Of a stretch of 64,000 bases of DNA, positions 34,158 through 46,613 are shown one piece after another. Where the stretch lies: the NCBI GenBank assembly GCA_905178155.1, contig CAJINV010000004.1:3001014-3065013 (forward strand), given 5' to 3'. The position numbers and the translations under genes were made by a program. Positions within the stretch are counted from its first letter, which is position 1. Every line of letters begins with the position of its first letter. The notes below the pieces were generated by a model. The model saw only the letters and a program-made list of their open reading frames with translations. It was not told the origin of the DNA and did no database searches. The DNA is from Amoebophrya sp. A120. Taxonomy: Eukaryota > Protista > Dinoflagellata.

Positions 34158-35537
34158 CTATCCAAATGGATTCGTTGTTGCTACCACAGGACTTGGTTTC
34201 GGTCTGGCGGCATGTTGTTGCGGCCCACCACCGCCGTCTTCACGAACAGCAGCTTGTCCCGTGCCGCCTGCCCTACCTCGTCTTGGGGTCGTGACTCCTC
34301 GAGCCTTTGCAACATGTGCAGCTGGAGAGGAACAAGACTCCGTGTGGCCTGGCGTTATTGCATTTGCAGCGGAGGTCGTGTAGTAGTTAGAGGCGCCCTC
34401 AAATGATGAAACTGAAAGTCCACCGGGGGCAGCACCACGAGGACCACCACCAGAAGGAGCTCCATATGGAGCCCCAGTTGTTGTGGTTGCGCCGAAAGTA
34501 GGATGAACAGGGAGCGATGTTGTCGCCGGTTCAGCCGTGGTCGGGGGGACTACAAAAGGAACCGTGTTTATGGGAGCGCCAGGATTGAAATCGTCAAAGT
34601 TGAAATAGTTTGCCATGCATAAAGTGCAACCCACAAAGTGCGTGTCTTGCAGAGTAGGCAAGTGAGGCAGATTGTAAGTCTGTCGAGGGATAGAAATAGC
34701 ACTGCTAAAGTAGCATGACAAAACGCGTCTTCCTTACCCAAACAGCATTACAGAGTGGATTTCGGCTCTACCCCAATTTGTCATGCGCCACTTGAAAACT
34801 AGCCGCCAACTGGTTTCCGTTTTCTGCATCACAAATTATTTCAACTTTGACGATTTCGATCCTGACAATACCATAGTGTTTGGTCCGTACGCCACATCCT
34901 GCGCTCGCTGGTTCAATCCCCGTTCCACGTTAAGTTCTGCGAGGGTTTTGGGTATCAAAGCTCCACTGCCGCCGCCCGTCCCAGCATGATTTTTACTTCC
35001 ACCTCCGAGCTGGACTTCCAGCCCGGTGGTCCAGTCGGTGTAGCTCCAATGCGCGTTTTTTTCCTCGTTAATGTTCCTCGCGAAGGCTTCCTTTTCGGCG
35101 GCGGTCCGCTTGTCCGGTGGCGGGGGTGGGACGTACGCGGCGGCGACCGCGGCGTTGTAGGCCGGGAGCTGGGCTTGCGGCCCCACAAACTGCATGTTCG
35201 CCTCAATTTGCGCGGACGTGAGGCCGGATCGCTGGAGCGCCTCGACGTGCCTATGGTGGCGCTGCTCCTCCGTTTCGCCCTGTTTTTTCCAACATTTGTC
35301 GCTTTGGTCGTAGTAAAAAAGATTCTCCTCCGCTCCCAAATCCGCATTGCGGTACCCGTCGCTACTGTAATGATAATTGTCTCTTGCAGCTGCTGCATTT
35401 TTGTAGTCGCTATCGACAAAAAAACCCACAAAGGTCTGCCACAACTGCACCAGACGGTACTTGAGCGGTGGTGCGGGAGCCTCCTCCGGGTGCCGGTCGA
35501 CTGGGGCGGGAGCCGCTGCACCAGGTGCGTCGATCAT
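34158..35537 (-). CDS. Hypothetical Pro-rich protein with an LGAEENLFYYDQSDKCW motif; one TIR intron
   Basis: ORFs 34836..35798 and 34158..34721 join in frame (GPN|TVPF). Confidence 0.7.
34569..34875. mobile_element. Intronic TIR element, family I
   Basis: TATGGGAGCGCCAGGATTGAAATCGTCAAAGTTGAAATA...TATTTCAACTTTGACGATTTC..CCATA; DR GTGTT. Confidence 0.92.
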
Positions 35538-37346
35538 TATCGTATTCCTTTTCTTGCTGCTAGTGTTCTTTTCTATATGCTGTACGAACAAGTACAAGAA
35601 CGATAGGTCGTGCTGGTGATCCGGCCACGATGATGAACATATGATTTTTACTGAACGTGGGGCGGCGAAGATGTATGGTGGGAAGGGGAAGGGGTAGGGG
35701 ACTAGGTCCAAGTAAACTAATACATGTTGCCATTGATGCCTTCCTAACGAATATATTAGGGAAATCGACACGACCAAATCGAAGGAATCTAACCGCAAAA
35801 ATTGGAATTGCGTCCTGCACCAAAAAATGTTCTCCCGTGGTCCAGGTCGTGGAAATTATTGGAAAAGTGAGATTCTTCCTCTTCAGCTTCATCACCAGAA
35901 GATCAAATTTGGATGAATTCGCAATCGCAAATAAAGTGACCTACTTCACCCACATTGTGACTACCACCTCCACAACGGAAAAATGTTGAAAGTAGATCTT
36001 GTAAATGTGCTTCATCTTTCTGCTTCGCCCAAATGCAAATCGCGAAGGTGAGGAGCACCGCCCGGCAGATCATCGACGGTGCAGCTGCCCAGAAATAAAA
36101 CTTCAGCTGAAAGTAAGACTCGACGTCGGGTTGAAGTTTAGAGAACAAGCAAAGATCAAGATGGTCCATCCATTCTCACCTTCGACGGCGGCCGCCATGA
36201 GATCGATAATCCAAATCATCATGCTGCGTAGTTGAACACCAATAAACTTCTGATAGAACAAGCAGGTCAACAGCTTCATATCTGTGACCACTCAGCAGGC
36301 ACCTCGCGCTAGCAGCGTCGTGTTTTTTTTTTCGTGGTGATGAAAGTTTGAAAGCTGGTGACTCATCATGCCAAACGATCTGGTTGCTCTAATTTTTTTG
36401 CTTTTCTCCCGACGTCCACATCCACATCGGTCGTCCTCGCGGCCGTCAGCTTGATCCTTAATTTGTCTCCTGCTCCTCGACCTTGCGACGACGCTGCTTC
36501 AGCTCTTCAGCTCGTCGCCTCGTTGTCGTTACTCTTCAGGATGTTCAAAAAGAAATAAAACACTTAGAAGGCTACTGAATGTGATGCGGACGCGTTTTCA
36601 TTTCCCTGTCCAATCGTTTGTACTGATACAAAAATGTACTTCATCGATGATAGATTTCCTTTTACTTATGTACCTATGTACTATCATCTTACTCTTAGCG
36701 AACAAAAAGCGTATATACGTTCTCGTTATCGTTTCTACTGCGAAAAGTTCACCTCACCTGTGTAGTGCTGGAGGCTCCTCATCGCGGAGGTGATAAAGTC
36801 AAGGCCCTCGTCGAATTGACAACAACTCGCCGAAAAATTCGTACTAGAGAAATAGTGGAGACCATAAAGACAAAAGTGCAAAAGTTAAAGTAGCAAAATA
36901 GTGATTCAGCAGATCGTAACAATAGAAATGGGCGGCCGCGGCTGGTCATGAGTTTTACAACATGAACATGTACCGGGTCAGCATACGTATGAAGTAACAG
37001 CCAGAGTCCCTAATACACCAGTAAGTAGAAGTGCCTCTCCTGTGTCAACAGCTAGGAGCTCTGGCTCTGCAGCCGGTCGCTGCACAAAAACCACGATCAT
37101 TGGGACATCACCATGTCCGCTGTCGTGGGTGAGGTATTACGACATTATGGTTACGATCATATGATTAAGTTGTTCTTCTTCCTCTTCTTCTCCGATGGAT
37201 GTTGAAGCCTACTGAATCATCATGATGTAGAATTGTAAACGCTGATCTGTTATTTTCCAGTTCCGGCGCAGAAGCGTTCATCCTTTTCGTTCGAAAATGT
37301 AGTTCTTCCGTTGCACCAGCCATAGTTTGTTTATTCAGCAGCTTGT

Positions 37347-38493
37347 TTATTCATCCCCGTCACCGCCAACGCGATTTCCCGCCCCGGAAAAGGGCGTGAA
37401 GGTATTTTGCTGCTGCCCCCGGGCGGAGGGTGTGGAGCCCAGCTGCCCGCTGCCGTAGTCCTGCACGCCGCCTCGTTCGCTCCCGAGCTGATTGTCCGGC
37501 TGGATGGGCGCGTGCACACCACCCATGTTCTATCCTGAGAAAAAAGTGTAAGTGTTGCAGTTACACGACACTCTGATGGAAGACAAGCAAGACAGACGAC
37601 CTCTGTCATGCAGGAAATCAAGAAGTGCGTCGTGCCAGCCTCATTTCATATCGTGTTTTTCTTTATAGTGGTCTGCGCATCACAGGTTTTCTTTGCCATG
37701 TCGAGCGACTTTGCGATGCAGAAACTCCAACAAATGTTAATGTGTAGCTGTAACACTTTTTTCCTCTGATATGTTCTCGAACTCCTCCACTGTTTTGTTG
37801 TAGACAATGAAGCTGGTGATGGACACCCCCCAAAGCGCGATGATGCCGAGAAGCGACAATGCGGAAATAAAGTTCCACTTGGTCACGGACACACCGTCCG
37901 GCATCTTGCTGGCGTCGTTGGTGAACATCGGCGGCGATTTTGGCTTCACCATGCGGTCGATCAAAATCACGATCGCAAAAATTCCCTGCAGAAACGTCAC
38001 CATGCCCCAGGTTACCTATGTCCGGATATGGATTCAGCGTGAACTCTATACTATGTGGACGCTTGTTTCATCTGTTGGATGTATTCTATTTACTAATAGT
38101 TGCGTCACGTATGAGTACTACGACATACTTACATTGCAGCTTGTGCAGTTGCATCATTTTAGCCCAAGTTCAACATCTCCATTTGCATTCATCGAAGCTA
38201 TTGTTACTTCTTCTTCATCTATCCATCAAGACGTCTATAGTCGTAAAAATACGTCGTGGAGGAACTTGCTTCTATACCAGGCACTGCATGTCCACGGAGC
38301 CATCGCGCAGCGTGAAGAGTCCGACGGAGGCCAGCAGCATGGTGACGAAGCCGCCGAGGATGTCTAGCATCACGAACTGCTGCACCGCGTGGGCAAACAG
38401 GAAGAGGATAAACACAAACAACACGTAGCGTGCCCGCAACGCACAGCGGCTGGGCGTCGGCGCCACCGCCACAGCTGGAAGAGGGATCACCAT
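37347..38493 (-). CDS. Four-TM membrane protein with a C-terminal SHP-box-like motif; GT-AG intron 38016-38277 and one TIR intron
   Basis: Hydrophobic ORFs 38272..38493 and 37737..38003; last exon ends FTPFSGAGNRVGGDGDE*. Confidence 0.75.
37531..37771. mobile_element. Intronic TIR element, family F-like
   Basis: TATCCTGAGAAAAAAGTGT...ACACTTTTTTCCTCTGATA; DR TGTTC. Confidence 0.9.
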
Positions 38494-39846
38494 AATTTTC
38501 TTGTTGAGTACAACTTCTACGGAGCTTGTACTTAGTTGGTTCCCGTCTGATTATAGCAGGACGGAGATGATCTTGTTCGCAATGCGCAGCACGATTTCAG
38601 GGACATAAAAGTTGAATTTGATGTAATCAGGGTATAAAATTATTTCAAAGAGGTAAAGATTAAGGCAAAAGAAACGGTCATGATAGCCAAACGCTGATGG
38701 GGTCAACGCCTGACATAAAAATTCTTCTAAACATGAACATTCAGGAAAAAAGTAGACATACAGAAGATTAAGATACAATTACAAATATTTTTATATTCAG
38801 GTGCGATAAAATGACTCTTGTCAGTTCCGAAAGGAAATTTCACCAGTGCCACACCTGTAGGAAATTCATATTCAACAACAACAATTTTCAAGACGCAAGT
38901 ACGCAATCAAGGTTCTCTAAAAATCCAGCATCATGGGGATTCGGAAAAATAGTACAAAACACACAAGAACGACTAGTACACGGGCGCACCATTAGAGCAA
39001 GCACTACATCACCGAGGAGTTTGAATAAGACGAAAAGCGCGGCAAAACCGACCACAGTGGTATCATAATACTGCACCACGACTTGGCGTCGTCCAATGGC
39101 TGCAGGCAGAACCGAGTTTATAAAGTTGCAGCACTAGTTGTAGTAGTACCGATGTTGACTGTGAATAAATCGTTTTCATGTTGTGGCTCCTCTTGTACGA
39201 TGGAGTCCTCAACGGGCGTCAAGTGTAATTCTACTTGCAGGAAAACGACAACCGATATATGGATTTTTTTTGTCCATCATGATCTACGACATTGCTGATA
39301 GCACAAGAAATAGTACGAGCTCTTGCAACAGCGACAAGTAGCACCAAACCGACAAGGCATTTCCATCCGATACCGATTCCGAATCCGACGTAGTTGGTTT
39401 TTGTAAGCATAAACTATCGACGAGAAAAAGAACATAAACAATTCTCCGTGCACCTTTCTCGCATGTTCCAGATCTACTGTTCACCTTCAGAACCGTCCTG
39501 ATATGTCAAAACGATGAAAACAAAAAGAAGTTTCTGACAAACAAATCCTCGGTAGGATCATTGGTTATGCTTTTTATGATGTGTGCGCCGGTTTTGTATG
39601 TATTTTTATACCAGTTAGTTCATCATCATCTTTTGCTAGGTGCTGCCCAGGAGAAGAAGCTGAATCTGAGTGCTTGCTTTGAGTTTCTTGCTAGTAGCTG
39701 GACGCAGCAGTGGACGCGGAGCAAAGTTGAGGTTGCATACTGAACAAGAACTAATTTGCACACCACTCAATGGTAACACGCAGCTATTCTCCGCTGTCGT
39801 CGTCGTGGATATCTTGAGTAGATGAACAAGTGGTCTTCTACTTCTT

Positions 39847-42056
39847 CTAAGCCTTCGTCTTGGTCATGCGGTCCTCGAATTCTTTCATCTTTTGCTCCGC
39901 ATCCTGTTCTATCAAATGCAAAAATGTCTGGGTCTGGAAACTTGTGATGCAAGGAAGGGAATACAGTGTGACACTGTAATGCGCTCCCCAGGATGACAAG
40001 TTTTTCCGTGGTTCAGAGTTCTTGCGTACTCCGCATGAGAAACTGCGTTTTTGCATGACAGACAAGAGGACCTCTTCGCGGGCACGCAATACAGAGTTTA
40101 GAGTCATGCCAGACTAGCATGACAAATCTCGCAATCTCCCAGACCCAGACATATTTGCAGTTCATATGTTCGCGTTTCTGCTGCACCCACTTTGCCCGGT
40201 CGCGCAGATACTCCAAATACACGTCGTAATATTCCTTCCGGGCCTCCGGAAATTTCACGGATAGCAGCTCCTCCCAAAGATTTTCCCCCGTGTGCGCGGA
40301 CACGCTGCAGGAAGCCATATTCATGTAGAATTCCTCCAGCACGTGCGACATCGACCTGGGATGTATTGTGCGACGTGAATGAGAATGAAGATCAAGACAC
40401 CCAAATCTATCAGATAGATTAGGGAATCCGCTTCTGATGTATCTGTTGAAATAGGTCGAGGCTGTACGCCTAAACTTTTCAGGATGAAAAGCGTTCGACT
40501 CAAGATACTGACACAGGATATCAAACCTGCACCTGCTCTACTTCGCATTGCTGATGAGTCAATAAGTAAATTGAAATTTCCATTTTGTTTTTTTACCTGC
40601 TCAAGCTTTCCAGGTAGCTGTTTTCGTCCTTCCGGAGGGCTTTCGAGAAGGCCTGCTGATCCGTGAGCCAGTTTTTGACGTAGCCGCAGCCGAGCACGTC
40701 GCACTTGTTGAAGGTGAGCACGAAGGGCAGCTGAAACTTGTACAGGATGGAGCACGCGTACAGCATGTTGCTCATGAAGCTGACCGGGCGAGTGCAGCGG
40801 GCGGTGTCCACCACGTAGTTGATCACGGTCGGGTACCCCGACAGGGGGTTGTCCCGCGAGGGGGTGGCCAGCGTGTCCGCGATAATTTGCCCGGACGCGC
40901 TCCAGCCGAAGACCTCGATCTGTCCCGGCGTGTCGACCAACACGTAGTCGTAGTCCTTCGACCGCTTGTCCAGGATCTGCAGCACCTGGTGGAACTTCAT
41001 GGCAAACAGCCCCAAGGAGGTCATGATCGCGCCGTTGGGCCCGTGGCCGTAGTCCTCCATCACCTTCTTGTAGTCCACGGTGTCCCGGATGTCGATGTGG
41101 CGTGGGTACTTCAGGTTCTGGACCGCGGGGTCCAGGTTGATCATGTACACGCGCTTCTTTTTCGCGATCAGCTCCAGGTACATGCGGTGCATCAGGGTCG
41201 TCTTGCCGGACCCCGCCATGCCCACGTTCAGAATCACCGTCGGCAGCTGCCGCGGATCCTTCTCGGAAGACAGGAGGAGCGGAGTTGTTGTAGCCGACGT
41301 GGTTCTTCTTGTTTCAACAGGAGCTTTAATATCGCCGGCAGAAGCCGCGGATGACGAGGAGGTGGAAGTACTACTACCCGACAAATTTTTCAAAAGGTTT
41401 TGTCGCATATTAACATCTTCATTATCTTCGCCACAGATCTCCATAGACAATGTTTCGGCCGGTCGCTGCTCTTGTTCTAGGCCCTCCGTGCTAAAAAAAT
41501 TCGCGTTGTCCTCGAACTCCCGGATTAGCTCCTTTTCCTCCTCCGCGTTCAGCTCTTTTTGACCGGCGCGCCCTTGTGGCCCTTGATGGTGCACTAGATC
41601 TGTACTTCTCAAATTTTCTGACAGAAGTGCCGCAGCTCCATAATTCTCGCAGGCGGGCGCGGTCGTGGTCGTGGCGGTGACAGCACTTCTAGTAGTTGGT
41701 CTTGTCCTAGTACTACAAGTTTGCGGCTCGACGTCGGCCTGTCTCGTCATCATGCTCATCCCATCTTCTACATCTTCTTGGCCGCCCGCGTCTTCTTCAT
41801 CTTCCACAGACAGTTTAAGATTGAGAAAGGAATTTATCGTTCCGTGGACATCATCTTCGTCCTGAAGATCGTCTTTTTCGTCATCTTCAGCGGCGCATGG
41901 TCCGCGATTCATGTCCGAAGATAATTCCTCTTCATCGCTTGCCGGGGGCAACAGACGCTCCACGGTGCCCCCCGGCGCGCAGTTTTTCTTCTTGCTGCTC
42001 CCAGAGCTGGGAGCATGCTGCGACGTGGACGTCGTGGAAGTGGAGGACATTGACAT
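39847..42056 (-). CDS. GPN1: GPN-loop GTPase 1 (Npa3/XAB1); GT-AG intron 40356-40596 and one TIR intron
   Basis: GMAGSGKTT, INLDPAV, IDIRDTVDYK, GPNGAIMTSL, DTPGQIEVFGWSASG, FMSNMLYACSILYK. Confidence 0.95.
39910..40166. mobile_element. Intronic TIR element, family A
   Basis: TATCAAATGCAAAAATGTCTGGGTCTGG...CCAGACCCAGACATATTTGCAGTTCATA; DR TGTTC; frame restored KRE|QDAEQ. Confidence 0.93.
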
Positions 42057-43021
42057 TTTTCGTTTAGTTATTTTCGCCCTATGATGAAGATGTGCGTACA
42101 ATCGATTTTGCGCTAGTTCTTGTATGCGGTCGTCGGAGGTGCAATTTATTTATTTTTCCGTCTGGGTCTGCTGGTTTCCGCTATCGCTTCAGAGTGAATG
42201 GAAAAGCTTCCACTGCGGTTTTGAAAGCTGTTGCGATTATCAAGAGCAAGTTGCGATAATCATACATAATTTCTGGTGCTGATAGTACGACGAAGTCGGG
42301 GGCTATTTTTGTAAAAGGAGTTCCGTCGACTGATTCTCGGCATTTCATTTTTGATCGTATTATTTGTTTCTGATCGTGGACCCCGCTCCTTCAAGCGCAA
42401 AAATGCTTCTAGAAATAAAGCAATCTACTTCAGACAAATTTCAGGATCTGGATCAATTCTCGCAGGTCTTCATCTTCAATGATCAAGCACATCACTTCCT
42501 TCGCTAATAGCAGATCACGTTGGTCAGGCTCATGAGTATGGTTACTCGCTTGCTTCTACGCTTCTTCTTCTTTTTTAGGGAACGATGATTTTCAACTAAA
42601 AATAGTGTACTAGCGACACTGGATCTAATCTTTGCAACAAGTTCAAGTGTTTTGCGTTCGAGCACTCTGATCCTTTTTCGGTCGGTCCCGCATCTGGGCG
42701 CGAGAGCAAAAATGGAGCGTTAATTTATGACGAGCACGCGATCGTCGGCACGCAGAAAATCACCGAGGAACACACAATAACCCCCGCAAGAGCCGAAAGC
42801 ACATAGTTGCGTCCCGCGTTCCACCGTTCTTCACAAATAAGCTAATAATACGTCGCTTACACTTACTCGGGGTAAAATAAGAGAGTTGATCTTTTTGTGC
42901 AGGGAGAGGGATGTCTGGTGAGAAAAGTGCGACGTTTTTTTTTTCAATTTCAATTTCATTCAATCATCATCATGACGATCATCGTTCCGTCCTCGCGACG
43001 TGCGCATGCTGCTCACAATCT

Positions 43022-44407
43022 TTACTTGATTTTGTCTGCCAGAGCACCAGACCCTCGTGGTCCGGCACCACTTGCAACACTCGTTGTCGTAGCCCTGCCG
43101 CCACCTCCTCCTGCTCCACCAGCAGGTCCCGGCGGAGCGCCAGTCTTTATCCTGTGCAAAAGTATCGCACTCGTATTGCAGTCATGCATTAGCATTGTAA
43201 TGCATTTATATTACGAGTACGATACTTTTGCAGATCATAGTCTTCTTGAGCACACAAGCGGGAGGACACAGCATTTTGTCGACCCACCTCGCCGGGAGAA
43301 ACCGGCGCCACATCTTTTGCGCCATCTTGGCAAAGTACGTGTGTCGGCCGGCAAGGGTCCCAACCGTGAGGAGGATCAGCGTGTAGACGGGCGACACCAG
43401 AAAGATGCTCAGCACGCGGTAGCTATTCGGGCCGTCCTTCAGCGATCCGACGAGGCCCACCTTGGCCAACGCGGGTCGGACAAGGGTCACGCTAGACGTG
43501 CCGGTGATCTGATGCGAGATCATGTAAGTTTTTTATGAGGTGGTGTGATTTCGCTTTGTTGATTCAAAAGCTATATCATTCTGCTAGCCGCATGGGCAAC
43601 ATGTACCGAGGAATGCTAGAGCAACTACAACATCCTGTACTAATTATTTTCACATTTTTCAAGCCCTTCTTCAACAAGAAGGAATAGAAATACTGCAAAG
43701 ACGGTGCATTTCAGGAGTCCATCCAACCACCAGTCTTGTGACCAGCGCGCCCTCTCCGGTTCGGCTTTGGTAGTCCAGGCCCAGAACCGCTCACAAAGGG
43801 AGAGCTGCTCCTGCTGGTCCCCGTTCCGACAAGGGATCGTCATGCGCGTAAAGCTCCTCTTCGCGCTTGCTGTTGTTCGTCCCGACGCAGCACTAGGCGA
43901 AGTAGAACTGCGGAAAGAACCTGAACCAGTGAAGAAGCGACGGCTCCTCGCGCCGCACCCGTGTCGCTGGAAGTAGAACAGATTTGGCACCAGACGTGTC
44001 TTAACAAACAAGTACGCTTGCGACGCGATGCCCCGGGCCCTCGCGGGCGGGCTACTTGTTGTTCGGCCAATGCTTGGCCTCAGAAGAGCACCACGGAGAT
44101 GGCCCAGAGTCAGACTTTGCTTGAAGAACGAGGTAGATGTGTTTAATATTGTTCCACCGTAGCTAGCCCTCGCGTTTCTAGCTGCACGACCTATGGTGCC
44201 AGACACGTGGTGCGAAAAAAACCGTGCTGGAGTAGATGAGGGCGCGAACCTGTGAAACGTCAAAGCTTGCGTTGTAATTCTCTGCGGCAAAGGTCCCAAT
44301 ATTACCGCGGAAGTAGTTGCAGCTCTCCTCGTTGCGTGAAGACAGCTGCGCCGAAAATACAAGAACAACTCTACTGGACGACGAGTGTTCACTCCAGCAA
44401 CCCACAT
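43022..44407 (-). CDS. DUF6787-like membrane protein with a long Arg/Ser-rich (targeting-like) N-terminus
   Basis: Spliced VFA|ITGTSSVTLVRP...YRVLSIFLVSPVYTLILLTVGTLAGRH.YF; family assignment from memory of the motif. Confidence 0.6.
43148..43239. mobile_element. Intronic TIR element, family B (shortest, 92 bp)
   Basis: TATCCTGTGCAAAAGTATCGCACTCGTA...TACGAGTACGATACTTTTGCAGATCATA; DR GTCTT. Confidence 0.93.
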
Positions 44408-46613
44408 GCTGCCTAGTAAAAGCAAACAGGCAGTAGACGACGAGAGAACTGAGACGGACGTCGGAACAATGGAAGAAAGAGTCTGCGCATGTTGATGTTG
44501 ATGGTGCCGTCCTACATATCAGAGCGAAGATCTTGGCGGTTGGTCGGTGCCTCTACTTTAACTTTTCTTCTCTTGCCGCACCAAAAATAAAAAATCATAA
44601 AAATAAAGGTAGACAAATAAGATTCAAGAAGTCGTCGTCGTGAGGGAAGTGAAAATGATGCTACTTAACAAGTAGGTAGATGAATCCACGAGCCAACATC
44701 AAGCGACGATCGAAGGTCCATGTGCAACATGTGCTGACCCTGACCCTAGCGCCGCCCTTTGGGATTTCACCTGTTAGTGTTACAGAGGAAGATGCAAGAT
44801 GACGCGCTGCAATAATTGCGGGTCGTGGGCTGCATCATGGCAAGATGATCAAGCATCAACGCAACGATTGATTACCGATTACATTCGCCTCCCTCGGTGG
44901 ACTGTCCTTGGGCACCAGCTGACAAGGGGTCAGAAAGCAGAACTAGAATATTTTGAAAAGAGAAAGACACAGGACGAAAAGTAGAGAACTACAGCCGCAG
45001 AGCAGATTCTGATTCGAACTACAGCTTCAGCTTCGCAGGACAAATAGGCTTCCTCTCCAAATTTCTTCTTACTAGCACGACAATTTATCATTACCAAAAC
45101 CCATGCACAGGAAACAAAAACATCAATGAGCAAGAGTACGTAGCGGAACACTTGTGAACGCCGAGAACCCGAAACAATAAATGCGCAAAAACACTGTCAT
45201 GCTCTACTACGTACTCCGCTTCTTGGTAGAGAAGTTGTGCGGAGCGACGAGCAGCAGGATGAAGTTTACGCTTATCTTTATAGTTACATACTTTTTTGAA
45301 TTCGAGTCGACATTTTGTGCGGAGATTCGTGCTTTTTTTTTTCGTATCTTTTCTCAAGTCGCTGGGAGCAGAGTCGGAATTTCTACAGCTGTTTCTATCC
45401 AGGAGCGGAAGAGCTCTTGCGCCACGTTGAAGATCACTGAGAATCATCCACGTGGCCGGCGCCGGCGCGTGCTGGCAGCCCGGGCATTATTTGTTGTATT
45501 GCTGTGACTGTGTAAGTGAAAAATCGTCCCAGAGTGAGGGGCGTTTGTACTCCACATAAATTTCCGACACCACTCCCGGTTGTAGTTTCTTCTTGAAGTC
45601 CGGGCGATCATTATCGCGACACTAGGCAAAAACAATACTAGATGAGAAAACGAAAAACGAAGTACAAATCAGCACAATGGTATTGAAAAGCACTTTGATT
45701 AACAGTAATTTGTAATTGGATAAAGAGGGCTGCATCAGATGAAAATTAAATGTACGCGTTGTAAACAAACTCACGAAACCCGTCCTCATAGCATTAAGTA
45801 TTCAATATCAAAAATAGAGCCACCTCCATGCTGATAGAGCGGAAGACCCCGCCCATAAGCATGCCGGGCAAGAGAAATAAGCTAGCGCTCGAGGTAGTAA
45901 AGAAGTCGGTGATAGCAGATATTAGTGGAAGCACTTCTTCGTCATCGTCAAGGCTTATAAGAAACAACAGGAACTACAGAGTGCGCCGATGATGTGGCCC
46001 ACTCAGTTTCGCCTTCATTGGAAGTCAAGCTGGTGCAATGAAATGGTAAAAATAAAATGAAAGAAACTATACTAATACTTCGCAAGTTGGGTTTTTTATT
46101 TTATTTTTATTTGGCTACTTGAGTATAGAGTCGTGTGCTTGCAGAAAAAGATCATCCACTTAAGCTCCATGCGCGGATGAAGTAGAAATTTGGGAAAGCT
46201 ACAGAAGCCTCTAGCTCTCCGAACTCCGATTTCCAGGAATAAAAGGCGACCGAGGTGGAGATCGGATCCGAGCGACGAGTAATGATTGACTGCTAGACAC
46301 AATATCTTGTTCAAAGTTGTTGCTCCTTAGAAAATGAGTAAATGTAAGTACTGGCTTCTGCTGATAGAATGAAAATCGCTGATGAATCTGAATGCTAATA
46401 GTACGCAATGGAAATGATAAAAAAACAAGTACAACGTAGGAATCGAAACAGAAAAACAGTGGCTCGTTACAAAAAATGTATGTAAGTAAACAAATTTACG
46501 AAAGATATAGTGGGAGTTTATGTTTTTGAAGTTGTTTATAGCTCGTCACGGACCTGTCCGTCGCAGTGACAAGTTCCCCCTTCTTGCTCTGCTACGACTG
46601 CTCCTCGTCGGGT

